A stretch of 64,000 nucleotides of DNA, from assembly GCA_023390985.1 (NCBI GenBank), contig JAEWBU010000171.1, positions 9,708 through 73,707 on the forward strand, written 5' to 3'. The DNA comes from Pseudomonadota bacterium (GTDB taxonomy: Bacteria > Pseudomonadota > Gammaproteobacteria > Burkholderiales > Burkholderiaceae_C). A model generated the notes under the pieces. That model was not told where the DNA came from. It did not search any database and worked only from the letters and a program-made list of their open reading frames with translations. Below are positions 9,732 through 19,642 of this stretch, in pieces. Both the position numbers and the translations under genes were made by a program. The first letter of the stretch is position 1. Every line of letters starts with the position of its first letter.

Positions 9732-10618
9732 CAGAGCAGCGTCCCCTGCGCTGAACCGAGCCCGTCATAGCTCGCTCGCACCGTGCCTTCGCTGAGCGTG
9801 AGGCGGCGGTACTTGTCCAGCTCGCACAGGCAATTCTGGATGTCCATGGCGACCAGCTGACGTTCGTCCCAGATCTCGGTCACGCGCGGCCGCAGCAAGT
9901 CAATGAGCGCGCGCAGCTCGAGCTCGAACTGGACCTGGCTGACGGCCTTGTCCTTGGGCCGCCCGCACAGGCGGTTGATCCCGCGCGCGCTGCCCGGCCC
10001 CACGGGCGCCCAAGTCTCGCGATCAGGCCAGTCTTCCCCTGCTCGCAGGTGCGAGATGTCGGCGACCATCTGGCCAGCCAGGAAGCTGCCGATCCCGTCC
10101 AGAGCGGTGAGGCGGGCCCAGGTAGCGCGCATCGTGGGCTGGTAGATGTCGCCGGCGGCGGCAAGTGCGAGAACCTGCTGCGCGCGGCGCAGCACTGTGG
10201 CGATCTTGGCTTCGCCCGGCGCGCCGGGCACGACGTAGGCCCCCGTAAACACCTTGTGCCCGCCACCAGCGCGCACCTGCAGGCGCCGCTCGGCGTGGAC
10301 CAGGTGCTCCAGTGCAAAGGGCTCGCCCAACGTCACGGCCATGAGCGAGTCGGGCCAGTTGACCATGCGCGCAAGGCAAGCCGCCACCAGCGCGGTGATC
10401 GGGTCAGCGTCAGGCGTGTACCAGCGCTGCAGCAGCGCAACACTCACTCGGTCGTCCATCCTGCGCACGTTGCACCAGCGGTAGTCCCGCAGCAGCGGGT
10501 CGTCGGTCCACGGCTTCGGCTGACCGGCCTCCTTCGCGCGGCGCACGGACTCGCGCTCCCGCATCCAGTGCTCCAGGATGTCCAGCTGCTCGGGATCGAA
10601 GTATGGCGAGGTGCTCAT
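9731..10618 (-). CDS. 5-hmdU DNA kinase helical-domain / aGPT-Pplase1-like protein
   Basis: ERESVRRAKEAGQPKPWTDDPLLRDYRWCNVRRMDDRVS, GIGSFLAGQMVAD, GPGSARGINRL and DIQNCLCELDKY are the family signature. Confidence 0.8.
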   Translation of the reverse strand: MSTSPYFDPEQLDILEHWMRERESVRRAKEAGQPKPWTDDPLLRDYRWCNVRRMDDRVSVALLQRWYTPDADPITALVAACLARMVNWPDSLMAVTLGEPFALEHLVHAERRLQVRAGGGHKVFTGAYVVPGAPGEAKIATVLRRAQQVLALAAAGDIYQPTMRATWARLTALDGIGSFLAGQMVADISHLRAGEDWPDRETWAPVGPGSARGINRLCGRPKDKAVSQVQFELELRALIDLLRPRVTEIWDERQLVAMDIQNCLCELDKYRRLTLSEGTVRASYDGLGSAQGTLL

Positions 10619-10634
10619 GGGCCGCGACGCCCCT

Positions 10635-11900
10635 TCATTCCAGGAATCGCCTGAACCCTGGCATGCGCGAGAACCGCTCTGCCGAGCCGACGCAGTATTC
10701 CCCCATGTGCTCCGTTGCGATCCAAGGGCGGCCGTTGATCTCCGCCGCGTAGGCCGTCGTGCCGTAGCCAGAGAAGAGGTCCGCGACCAACCCATCCTCC
10801 GGGCACAGGTAGCGCACCAGGAAGTCAGCCAACCCGAGAGGCATTGCAGCGCCGTGCACAGGGAGGCATCGCTCACGCGCCTTCTCGCGGGCGCGGCGCA
10901 GATCGCCATCGGCCGCCGACTGGACGAACTGCAGCACATTGCGGGGGATGCGCCCGGGCGTCGGATTCCCGAACGAGCCCTGGCGCAGGCTGTAGGCACC
11001 GTCGTTGCGGCGCGCGTACTTGTCCACTCCGCCCTTCTGGATCAGGCGCAACTGCCGCTCTGTGTGCTCCTGCAGCACGCGGCGGTTGTCCGCGAGGCAC
11101 GCGTGTGGGTCGTTGCAGAAGATGTAGACCGGCTCCCACGCGGCATTCAGCTGCATGCGTTCGACGGAAGCCCAGCGAACCGGCCCAGGCGGCTTCGTGG
11201 GGTTGTGCCAAATGAGCTGGTCCATCACGTGCAGCCCAAGTCGGTCGCACATGGCGATCACCAGGCGCTCACGGTAGGTCGATCTGGCAGGCGAGCCGGG
11301 CTCGAAGATGTCGGCGCCGACGTTCAATGCCAAGGTGCCGCCACGCACGAGATTGCGCGCGATCGGCTCCAACTGTCTGCACAACCAGTCAACGTAGAGC
11401 GAAAGCGGAACATTGCCGTAAGCGCGCGGCTTGGCCAACGGATACGGCGGACTTGTCAGGCAGAGCGTGATGGGCTCGTTGATCTTGCTGAACACGTCCT
11501 CGGCTGCGCCCCAGAGGCACACCCCGAGGTCGGTGGAGTAGGCGACCAGGACCACCTTGGGTTTCTGCGGCGTCAGGGCACGGCGCGCCTTGTCCGTCAG
11601 CTGCCACGCGCCGCGGCGGCCAGGCACCGGCGCAAGCCATCCATGCACCTTCGCCGTCTGCTGGTGCCATCGCACGCGGCGCGCCTCCACGCTGTGCACC
11701 TGTCCGGATCGCCCGATGGGCTGCTTCTGCATGAACTCGTTCAGCGGCTTGCCCGCTTTGCGCGCCACCTCGCGATACAGGCTGTCGTTGGTCAGCGTTC
11801 CATCCGGCGAGCGGTCATAGGCCTTGATGACCTCGCGCAGGCTTTCGGGCAGCGCATCGAGGTCCGGCTCTTCGGCAGTATCGCGGGCAATGGTCGGCAC
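10635..11900 (-). CDS. N4-cytosine/N6-adenine DNA methyltransferase (beta class, SPPY) with N-terminal winged-helix-like segment
   Basis: LCLTSPPYP precedes LVADLFSGYGTT. N-terminal RRVRWHQQT...RRGAWQLT resembles Mrr-N. GTG at 11900 lies just after the upstream stop. Confidence 0.85.
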   Translation of the reverse strand: MPTIARDTAEEPDLDALPESLREVIKAYDRSPDGTLTNDSLYREVARKAGKPLNEFMQKQPIGRSGQVHSVEARRVRWHQQTAKVHGWLAPVPGRRGAWQLTDKARRALTPQKPKVVLVAYSTDLGVCLWGAAEDVFSKINEPITLCLTSPPYPLAKPRAYGNVPLSLYVDWLCRQLEPIARNLVRGGTLALNVGADIFEPGSPARSTYRERLVIAMCDRLGLHVMDQLIWHNPTKPPGPVRWASVERMQLNAAWEPVYIFCNDPHACLADNRRVLQEHTERQLRLIQKGGVDKYARRNDGAYSLRQGSFGNPTPGRIPRNVLQFVQSAADGDLRRAREKARERCLPVHGAAMPLGLADFLVRYLCPEDGLVADLFSGYGTTAYAAEINGRPWIATEHMGEYCVGSAERFSRMPGFRRFLE

Positions 11901-11902
11901 GT

Positions 11903-12529
11903 TCAGTACCCCGTGCGCCAGTCGCGCCCGATCTGCCACCGGCTCTCCCAGTGGCGCAGATAGCCGGTGGCCACTGCCTGGTTGCCCCAGAGGACGATCA
12001 CGTTCTCGCTGTTGGACTTGGCCGCGGCCGCGCTGTAGTTGAAGCTACCGGTTTGGACGGTTAGCTGGTCGCTCACGATCACCTTGTCATGGTGGGCCGC
12101 GAACGCGTCAACCGTGCGGACCGGAACACCGGCGTTGACGAGGGCATTGAGGGCAGCGCGCGCCCTGCCCCCGCCGCTGTCGCCGGTGTTCTGTCGGTTG
12201 TCTGCGACCACCGCCACATCCACGCCGCGCTTCTTGGCCGCGATCAGCGCGGAAACCACCGGGGCGCTCGTCAGGGCGTAAGCCATCATGCGGATCTGCT
12301 TCTTGCTGGTGCCGATCACCTTCAGCACCAACTTCTCGGCGCCGGCGTCGGGAGAAAACGCATATTCCACGGTGCCGGCGCTGGGGGCACTGCCGGTCGG
12401 CGTCAGGGCGGACACGACGGCGTCGGCGATCTGGTTTCCCACGTTCGGGAACGCGTGCGCGCCGCCCCAGAGCAGCCCCGCCACCACTACCAACAACGGG
12501 CGAAAGCCCTTGCGCAAGAACATCTTCAT
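11903..12529 (-). CDS. Exported phospholipase-D-family nuclease (Nuc-like)
   Basis: Signal peptide ending AHA; single HxK(x4)D motif HDKVIVSD..GSFNYS..NSEN; AFSP motif. Confidence 0.85.
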   Translation of the reverse strand: MKMFLRKGFRPLLVVVAGLLWGGAHAFPNVGNQIADAVVSALTPTGSAPSAGTVEYAFSPDAGAEKLVLKVIGTSKKQIRMMAYALTSAPVVSALIAAKKRGVDVAVVADNRQNTGDSGGGRARAALNALVNAGVPVRTVDAFAAHHDKVIVSDQLTVQTGSFNYSAAAAKSNSENVIVLWGNQAVATGYLRHWESRWQIGRDWRTGY

Positions 12530-12721
12530 CCTCCTGTATGCCTAGAGCTTGCCTGAGGTCGGGTGGGATTCAAGGCGGCGAGCCTCCCCCAAGTTTCATC
12601 GCGCGCGTTTCCTTCCAGCCTGCGCCAAACCTCCGAAATCGGCATTTGCCGCCCCGCTGGGAAGCGGACACGCCTTCCAAAATAGGGCAACGGGGATTCA
12701 AGTCCCGCATGGAGTACCTGA

Positions 12722-13339
12722 ATGTCAGCCAGGCCGCCGAGCCGCCCGCCGCCTGTTGTCGAGTGGACCCCCGAGCAGATCGACAAGATCGCATCGGAGA
12801 CGTCCTGCTTCCCACTGGGGCCTGCCTTGGACGATCTGATCGCCCTCCTGCCGGATACGGCCAGCCGGTGCGACCGCACGACGGTGCTGACCTGGGCCTA
12901 CAAGATGAACGGCCTCATCGGGTTCAACCAGGTGTGGCAGCGCATGACCGGCTATCGCGACGAACGTGCCGCGCGCAAGGCCGTCACCGGCGTCCTGCGC
13001 ACGATGGAAGCCCACGCGCTGGTGACGTTGGTTCACTTCGGAGCGGACGCGCCCAAGAAGAGCGCTGACGGGGTGAACGAGGGCACAGCGGTCGAGCTCA
13101 CCACGCGCGGAATGATCTGGCTGGCCCACGCCTGGACCGCACGCAAGCAGGTCGCCAAGAACGTCGGCCTGATCAACGCGCACCAGCAGCTGTGCGAGGA
13201 AGAGGAAGAGGGGAAAGCCCCGCTCCACTACGTCACGCCCGTGGTGGTCAAGGCCGCCCCCGACAAGCAGAAGGCGCCGCCGGTCGCCAACTTCGTCTTC
13301 AACCTGGGCGCGCCTGCGACCAACCGGCGCGAGCACTGA
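12722..13339 (+). CDS. Hypothetical protein
   Basis: 205 aa, GGAG RBS, good codon usage. Confidence 0.7.
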   Translation: MSARPPSRPPPVVEWTPEQIDKIASETSCFPLGPALDDLIALLPDTASRCDRTTVLTWAYKMNGLIGFNQVWQRMTGYRDERAARKAVTGVLRTMEAHALVTLVHFGADAPKKSADGVNEGTAVELTTRGMIWLAHAWTARKQVAKNVGLINAHQQLCEEEEEGKAPLHYVTPVVVKAAPDKQKAPPVANFVFNLGAPATNRREH

Positions 13340-13456
13340 CCAAGCGCTGAATCGCGCGCCAAACGCCGAAAAACCGGGTTTGTCGCGCGATGGTCCGGGC
13401 AGGACCGGCTCCACACTGAGGTTTCTCGATGAGACCGCCGTGGCCGGAGCCACACA

Positions 13457-14866
13457 ATGCCAAACAATCCGCCGACCTCACCCCAGCCGAACGGCGCCAG
13501 CGTGCTGATCGCCGGCGCGCGCGTGTCGCAGGCCCAGCTTCGCGACCGATGGGAGACGCCCGACCTGCAGCAGCTGCTGGTGCAGGCCCGGCAGCAATTC
13601 GGCAACGCCCTATGCTGCTGCCGCCCCGCGCAGCTGAAGCTGCAGATCCGCACGCGCGCGGGGAAGTCGCACCTGGCTGTGTGGCCCGAGCAGGGAGCGC
13701 TGCATGACAGCGAGTGCGCCTTCTTTCGAGACGAGTTGCTCGAGCAGGCTGCCGTCGCTCCGCGCCCTCCCGCCTCGCCGCCGCCCGGCCCTGACACCAC
13801 GGCGCAGCAGCAGCGCATCCGCCTCTTCATGCCGCGCCCAGGCGAGCAAGCACCCGAAGGTGCACAGCTCGTGAGCGTTCGCACCCTCGCCTATCTGCTG
13901 TGGGAAGCCGCCTCCCTATGCCGCTGGCACCCCACCTGGACCAGAGATTGGGGCCGCACCCGCTACCAGCTGCTCAAGGCCGCCGAGGGCTACGAGATCA
14001 ACGGCCGGCCCGGGGAGCGCGTGCTGTTCGTTCCACGCGTGTTCCGCGCCGAAGCGGCGGCAGGCCTGAATCGGGAACACGAAGACTTCGTGCGCGAGAT
14101 GATGACGGCCAACGACGGCCAGCCGCGCATCATGATCGGTCAGGTCCGCAGCTTCGTCCCGGAGCGAGACGGCCAGCCTGGTCGCGTGATGCTGCGCCAC
14201 CTGCGGCACCCCATCGGCCTGCACCGCGCCTGCCACGACTTCATCTCACGCGAGTGCCGCAGTGTCCTCAGCAACACGTCGCTTTCCACTCGACTAGATG
14301 AACGTCGCCCGCAGCCGGGACCTCGCCGGCCGGATGTGGTCGGGATCTTCTCCGTCGAAGCGAATTCGCGCGGCGGCCTGTGGGCTCGCGCCGGCTGGCT
14401 GCTGCCAGTGCATCGCAGCACCTACCTGCCAGCGGCGAACCATGACGCAGTTCTCCTGATCGAAGCCCTGGTCAATGCGCGGCACGCGTTTCAGTACCTC
14501 CTGAGCGAGCGTCAGCCGAGCCAGCGACACGCCAGTGATTGGCTGGTGCGGCACGTGCTCGATCCGCAGGGCAACCCTGTGGCGCGCGCCGCGCTGGAGA
14601 TCCTGGACCCGGGCAGCAGCCCGCAGTTCCTGCAGGCGCGCGCCGCCATCGCGCAGCGCATGGCGCAGCAGGGCATCCCGACCTGGACCTGGGTGCCCAG
14701 CGGACCCTGCGGCGAACGCCAGCTGCCCCCGCTGCCCCCGTCCGACCAGTTGCCGCAGCAGATCGCCCACCAGGCGCTGCAGGCCCTTGAGCAATCGCCC
14801 CATGCCGAGTATCGGTATGGCCCCCTGAGACAGCTTTTCAACGTGGAGAGGAAGACCGCAGCATGA
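13457..14866 (+). CDS. DUF1173-like protein
   Basis: N-terminal CxC...LAVWPEQGALHDSEC pattern; 469 aa. Confidence 0.65.
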   Translation: MPNNPPTSPQPNGASVLIAGARVSQAQLRDRWETPDLQQLLVQARQQFGNALCCCRPAQLKLQIRTRAGKSHLAVWPEQGALHDSECAFFRDELLEQAAVAPRPPASPPPGPDTTAQQQRIRLFMPRPGEQAPEGAQLVSVRTLAYLLWEAASLCRWHPTWTRDWGRTRYQLLKAAEGYEINGRPGERVLFVPRVFRAEAAAGLNREHEDFVREMMTANDGQPRIMIGQVRSFVPERDGQPGRVMLRHLRHPIGLHRACHDFISRECRSVLSNTSLSTRLDERRPQPGPRRPDVVGIFSVEANSRGGLWARAGWLLPVHRSTYLPAANHDAVLLIEALVNARHAFQYLLSERQPSQRHASDWLVRHVLDPQGNPVARAALEILDPGSSPQFLQARAAIAQRMAQQGIPTWTWVPSGPCGERQLPPLPPSDQLPQQIAHQALQALEQSPHAEYRYGPLRQLFNVERKTAA

Positions 14867-15432
14867 ACCAAACCGACAACCGCAAGGCACCCGTTTTTAT
14901 CGGGCCGGACGTGATCGTGGAGGGCACGATTCGCCGCAAGGACGGTGGCGACCCGAACGAGGCCGCGATCATCACCGGCGTCTTCAAGGGCAACATCGAC
15001 TGGCCCGGCATCGTGCACGTGGCCGCAGGCGCCGAGCTCGTCATCGAATCCAAGGTGAGCTGCCGCGAGATCGAGGTGGCCGGCAAGATTTCGGGCAGCG
15101 ACCAGAACGTCATCCTGGAGACCGGCATGCTGCGCATGTGCGACTCCGCCAATGTGGAAGTCGGTCTGCTCAGCCTGGCGCCCGGCGGCCTGGAGCAGGC
15201 GCGCGGCGCCGTGGTCAACGCGAACCTGCGCATGACGCAGGAGCATCCCTACGCCAGCCAGCAGCCGCAGTCGCAGACCAAGCCCGTCCTGGCGGTGGTG
15301 AGCAACGAAGCGCCGGCGGCGAGCAAGGACCAGATCCCCGCATTCCTCACCGCCGGGGCCCAGGCCGCAGGCACGACGCAACAAGGCTCCGGCCAGGCGC
15401 TCTCGCTGGCCACCGGTACCGGCCAGCGCTGA
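14863..15432 (+). CDS. Bactofilin (polymer-forming cytoskeletal) family protein
   Basis: FIGPDVIVEGTI, IITGVFKGNI and EIEVAGKISG beta-helix repeats; ATGA coupling. Confidence 0.7.
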   Translation: MNQTDNRKAPVFIGPDVIVEGTIRRKDGGDPNEAAIITGVFKGNIDWPGIVHVAAGAELVIESKVSCREIEVAGKISGSDQNVILETGMLRMCDSANVEVGLLSLAPGGLEQARGAVVNANLRMTQEHPYASQQPQSQTKPVLAVVSNEAPAASKDQIPAFLTAGAQAAGTTQQGSGQALSLATGTGQR

Positions 15433-15528
15433 TCTCGTCGCGCATCGCGGCCTAAGCGGCCAGGTTGCAGCTCGTTGGGGGCGCGACCTGGCCGCTTCGC
15501 TTTAGTAGCAACAGAAGTGGGGATGCAG

Positions 15529-15569
15529 GACCCGCAAGAGTTGACGCCGAAGCCGCGGTCCGCTGAAAT
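15529..15569 (+). promoter_or_regulatory. GACCCGCAG-box promoter, copy 2
   Basis: GACCCGCAA-GAG-TTGACG-N17-TGAAAT. Confidence 0.65.
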
Positions 15570-15614
15570 GCAGTCTCTTTCGGAGTAATCCGATCGGTCG
15601 CGCCTCAGTGCCGA

Positions 15615-15668
15615 CATTCAACCAACCCGCGCGGGAACCTCTGTTCCCGCCGGGGACAGGGGCCGCGC
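15615..15668 (+). promoter_or_regulatory. Conserved structured 5' leader, copy 2
   Basis: CATTCAAC, stem GCGGGAAC/GTTCCCGC, and loop-side CCTCTGT pairing with downstream ACAGGGG. Confidence 0.55.
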
Positions 15669-15693
15669 TCTTTTCTCTTTAAGGAGAGCTGAG

Positions 15694-16008
15694 ATGTCCC
15701 TGAACCACAATGCCTTCCGTCCCACCTACTCGGAGTTCTACTCCGCGTTTCAGGCCAGCCTGCAGTTCTACTGCAAGGCCCTGACCGAGCGCCCCAACCG
15801 GGCGGTCATCATCGCCGCCGAAACCGGCGGTGACAACGCGGTGCAAGCCCTCTTCGACGCCGTGCTGGATAGCGGCTACCGCAACGTGCTGGTCCAGGCT
15901 CTCAACTCGCCGAACCTGCCGCAGTGGGTGCGCGACAAGCTGAGCACGCTCCTGTACGGGGGCGCGCGCCAGAATGTCTGCGCGCTGCTGCAGAAGCCGC
16001 TGCACTGA
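15694..16008 (+). CDS. Hypothetical protein
   Basis: AAGGAG RBS, 104 aa. Confidence 0.75.
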   Translation: MSLNHNAFRPTYSEFYSAFQASLQFYCKALTERPNRAVIIAAETGGDNAVQALFDAVLDSGYRNVLVQALNSPNLPQWVRDKLSTLLYGGARQNVCALLQKPLH

Positions 16009-16029
16009 TTCATCAGCCATCGGCACAGC

Positions 16030-16061
16030 AAGCCCACCTCCGAAAGGAGGTGGGCTTTTCT
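16030..16061 (+). terminator. Intrinsic terminator
   Basis: AAGCCCACCTCC-GAAA-GGAGGTGGGCTT followed by TTCT. Confidence 0.8.
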
Positions 16062-16127
16062 GTTTCTACGTGGCTTCGCGCCACACAGCCGCTGCCACAC
16101 CGCAGCTGCTCAACCTGGAATTCATCC

Positions 16128-16478
16128 ATGAACAAACCCAACATCCCAAGCAGCGAAGCGCCCGGCGCCTTCCTGTACAAGGTCGACGCCTCCGAACGAG
16201 CGATCTTCGGCGACGCCTGGTGCGGCCCGGCTCAGTTCGAGTACGGCACGCAAACTCTGGTGGCGCGGTACCAGCGGGACCAGGAAGAAGGCTACGACGT
16301 CGAGGTGCTGTGCACCGCGATGCCGGCGCGCACCTTCACGATCGTCGCGCAGGCCACCGACGTCTCCGGCGGCTTCATCATGTCCACCGGCAGCGGCATG
16401 GCCGAACTGGTTGCCAGCATGGCCCAGGCCATCTCGAGCGGCATGCTGACCATCACCTGGTCGGGAGTCCCGAAATGA
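16128..16478 (+). CDS. Hypothetical protein
   Basis: ATG 16128; stop overlaps the next start. Confidence 0.65.
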   Translation: MNKPNIPSSEAPGAFLYKVDASERAIFGDAWCGPAQFEYGTQTLVARYQRDQEEGYDVEVLCTAMPARTFTIVAQATDVSGGFIMSTGSGMAELVASMAQAISSGMLTITWSGVPK

Positions 16479-17008
16479 GCGGCGCCCCCGACCTCGCCTT
16501 CGTCCGCCTGGAAGTCCGGCCGGTGCCCGGCCTCAAGTGCATCGTCATCGCCCCTGTCGGCATGATGCACGCGCTCGCTCACGTGACGACGGCCACGGAT
16601 ACCCCGCAGCCGCTCACCGAGCGCGAACTGGCGATCGCCAATCGGCTGGTGCTGGCCTGGAACATCCACGGCAAGCTCCGCACGACGCTGCGCGAGCTGG
16701 TCGACTGGTGCCGTGAGCACACCTCGCCGCGCGATGCGAGCTCGCCGCACCAACTGCTGGTGAACGCCACTGCCGTCCTCGATGCGGCCGCCGGCGACAG
16801 CCAGCAGCCGGACGAGCCCGACCAAGCCGCGGTGCTGCGGACCCGCTACTCGCAGATCCTGGCCAGAGCGCAGGCCCTTCGCGACTGCAGCTGGCTCGAC
16901 TTCGACCCGGCGGCATCCGCCGAGTTGGCGCAGGCGAAGCAGAACATGCTGGACTTCCTCACCGAGGTCGATCGCGAATCCGCCGCCAGTGCGGCCGTCC
17001 GCGCGTGA
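16475..17008 (+). CDS. Hypothetical protein
   Basis: ATGA and GTGA coupling on both sides. Confidence 0.65.
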   Translation: MSGAPDLAFVRLEVRPVPGLKCIVIAPVGMMHALAHVTTATDTPQPLTERELAIANRLVLAWNIHGKLRTTLRELVDWCREHTSPRDASSPHQLLVNATAVLDAAAGDSQQPDEPDQAAVLRTRYSQILARAQALRDCSWLDFDPAASAELAQAKQNMLDFLTEVDRESAASAAVRA

Positions 17009-18117
17009 GCGTCGGCCACGCAGGGGCAGCGGCGCTGCCGACCATCCGAGTGGGGATGCCACTTCCCGCGGGGCGCCTGCTCGAGTACGGAATCATGAGT
17101 GGGCTCCCGCTGATGTTCTCGGCGAACGCATTCGCCAAATACCGGGAGGGCTGCTTTCGTGGCTTCCGCCTCAACGCCGCCAGTGCCATCCCACCACAAG
17201 TGGACGCGGCACTGGACAGCGCCGGCTTCACCGCCGCCGCACACTACGGGGACTATCGCTTCTCGGTATCTGCATACCTGGACCTGGTCGCCTCTCGTGA
17301 CTGGGCGTTCTGGTCCGCAATGGACTACTGCGTGGAGCCAGCGATCGCCCAGGACGCAGCGATGCGTCGCCTTCGCATCGATGCGACCATCGCACGCTAC
17401 TGGGAGTGCGCCGACAAGGCGGCCGCGCGGAAGCTGAAGCCGCCGCTGCCGGTGATCCAGGGGCTGATGTTCGACGAGTACGCCCGGTGCGCCGAGCAGA
17501 TGGGCATCAGCGAAGCAACAGCGATGGTGGGGATTGGCTCGGTCTGTCGGCGCCACCTCTACGGCCCGGACGGCGTCCTCGCCATCGTGTCCGCGCTGGA
17601 CGAGATCCTTCCGAAGTCATCCAAGCTGCACCTGTTTGGCCTCAAGGGCGCCGGAACCCTAGGCGTGCTAGTGAGCCTGTTCCCGCATCGGATCGGGTCG
17701 ACCGATTCCATGGCGTGGGACCTTGGAGTCCGCCGCAGCATGCCTGTTGGCCGAGACCAGGAGCTGCGTGCCCAGGCGATGATCAACTGGCACCGGCGCG
17801 AGTCCGACCAGCTGCAGGCCTACCGGCCCCGAGAGGGGGCGGTGGCCTTGCCCCCGCACCGGGAGCGGACGGGTGAGGATCTCGCAATGGAAGCAGTTGG
17901 CGCCGCGCTCGGAGAGCTGCTGATGTCCAACGATGCGTCCTACCGTATGTGTCGCAGCTTGCTGCAGCAGGACACGGTGATCGTGCAGTACCTCCTGGCC
18001 ACAGAAGGTGTTCACGCCTTTGCCGAGGAGGACCCCGACGACGATCGAGGCCTCGGCATCGTTTACAGGGTGGTTCGTGACGCCTTGATCGACCACGACT
18101 TGCTGGCAGTTGCTTGA
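17005..18117 (+). CDS. TGT-like / DpdA-family 7-deazaguanine DNA transglycosylase candidate
   Basis: LDSAGF, AMDYCVE, PVIQG, VGIGSVCRR, KLHLFGLKG and STDSMAW follow the TGT/DpdA motif order. Confidence 0.75.
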   Translation: MSVGHAGAAALPTIRVGMPLPAGRLLEYGIMSGLPLMFSANAFAKYREGCFRGFRLNAASAIPPQVDAALDSAGFTAAAHYGDYRFSVSAYLDLVASRDWAFWSAMDYCVEPAIAQDAAMRRLRIDATIARYWECADKAAARKLKPPLPVIQGLMFDEYARCAEQMGISEATAMVGIGSVCRRHLYGPDGVLAIVSALDEILPKSSKLHLFGLKGAGTLGVLVSLFPHRIGSTDSMAWDLGVRRSMPVGRDQELRAQAMINWHRRESDQLQAYRPREGAVALPPHRERTGEDLAMEAVGAALGELLMSNDASYRMCRSLLQQDTVIVQYLLATEGVHAFAEEDPDDDRGLGIVYRVVRDALIDHDLLAVA

Positions 18118-18152
18118 TGCCTGCAGCGACACCGAGTTAGACCGCCTTACCC

Positions 18153-18188
18153 AGCCCCTCCTGCTTCTGCAGCGAGGGGCTTTTCTTT
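18153..18188 (+). terminator. Intrinsic terminator
   Basis: AGCCCCTC...GAGGGGCT followed by TTTCTTT. Confidence 0.6.
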
Positions 18189-18226
18189 GGCCTTCCCCGT
18201 CCGACAGCGCGGTGCGGTGCCAGCTG

Positions 18227-18616
18227 TCAGGTCTTCGTAGACTGCTGCCGGCAATGGAAGAAGTAGTTGACGTTCGAGGTGGTCTCGTTGATCACCGTGC
18301 CACCGCCGGCGCCCGATATGTGCCTGGGCAGCGTCTGGGTCACGATCCGAGCCTCGCGCTCGACCGCTTCCTTACCGTCCCTGGCGCACCAGGCGGTCGC
18401 CAAGGCCTTGCCCTTCACGCGCGCCTTCTCCACGACGCATTCGTTGTGGTCGGCGCCGTCCCTGAGGAAGCACCCCATCTGGTTGTAGGGCAGCCTGTAG
18501 ACCGAGTAGTCCGCGGACGCCGCGTACGGCTTTTCCACCGCGGTCGTGGCGCAGCCGGCGAGTACAGCCAGGGCGGGGACGAGGAAGACGCGGGCGGTCT
18601 GACCGATGGTTTCCAT
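18227..18616 (-). CDS. Small lipoprotein
   Basis: Lipobox LAGC after a hydrophobic stretch. Confidence 0.65.
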   Translation of the reverse strand: METIGQTARVFLVPALAVLAGCATTAVEKPYAASADYSVYRLPYNQMGCFLRDGADHNECVVEKARVKGKALATAWCARDGKEAVEREARIVTQTLPRHISGAGGGTVINETTSNVNYFFHCRQQSTKT

Positions 18617-18687
18617 CGTGAGTTGTCTTTGTTCTTGGTTGATCCAGCCGCGAGAGCCAACGCGGCCACTGCGCGCCGCGTCGATTG

Positions 18688-19446
18688 TCAGCTGATCGCT
18701 TCGTTCGGTTTGCGTGCCATCACGATGATGGTTCGTCCGAGCAGCATCTTTCTGCTGTTCATCGCGTCCACGATCTCCCGGTTATCCGGCGTGATGGTCT
18801 TGTAACGACGATGCTCGCGATTCGAAGCGAGCCAGCTGAAAAAGCCAATGAAAGGAGCCAGGATCGCCAGCTTGACCACTGCAGAACGCTGGACCTTGTC
18901 GATCTGAAAATCAGTCAATTCGAGGCCCGCTTCCGCGATCGCATGCGCGAGATAGAAATAGGACACCGGCGTGATGTGGCCGCCCGTGGAGAACGTCTCA
19001 GTTCGGCCAATCGGCAAAGGCCCGAACAGATTCCAGAAACCGAACCACAGGAAGCGGAGCCGAGACTGCAGATTCAGAACATTGGGCGTGGAGAAAACAA
19101 CCGCTCCTCCAGGGCGAAGTACGCGGGCAGTTTCTCTGACCAAACGCCGGTAGTTTTCCAGATGCTCGATCACTTCCGTGCAGGTCACAAGATCGAAACT
19201 GTTGTCGACATAAGGCAGGCGGTCTTCGTTCAGGTTGGCTACGTCGACCTTCTGCCCTTGCAGGGCCATGAGCGAATCCGTGTAGTCACACGCCGAGGTC
19301 TTGACGCCTGGCAGCATCCGACGCAGCCTCGCCAGCAGCGCCCCGGTTCCTGAGCCGACATCGAGTACATGGCCTTGCGCCGGCAAGCTGGCCTTATGCA
19401 CCAGCGAAACAACCGCATCGAGAATCTTGTCCGTACTTAGTTCCAT
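18688..19446 (-). CDS. Class I SAM-dependent methyltransferase
   Basis: VLDVGSGTG, LPYVDNSFDLVTCTEVIEHL, RVLRPGG..STPN. Confidence 0.85.
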   Translation of the reverse strand: MELSTDKILDAVVSLVHKASLPAQGHVLDVGSGTGALLARLRRMLPGVKTSACDYTDSLMALQGQKVDVANLNEDRLPYVDNSFDLVTCTEVIEHLENYRRLVRETARVLRPGGAVVFSTPNVLNLQSRLRFLWFGFWNLFGPLPIGRTETFSTGGHITPVSYFYLAHAIAEAGLELTDFQIDKVQRSAVVKLAILAPFIGFFSWLASNREHRRYKTITPDNREIVDAMNSRKMLLGRTIIVMARKPNEAIS

Positions 19447-19642
19447 GCGCGCATTCTCGGGCAGAGCGACAGAGGTCCGATCTCGGGAGTGCAAGCGGGC
19501 ACCCCGAATCGGGAGAAGTTGACCAAATCGTGACGTCGGCCAGGACCATGCCGGCGCACGTGCTCGCAATCTGCGGCAGCGCACAGGAGCGAAAACGGCC
19601 CCGATCGGGAGCCGTTCTCGCTAGGCCTTGGGAAAACAGAGC

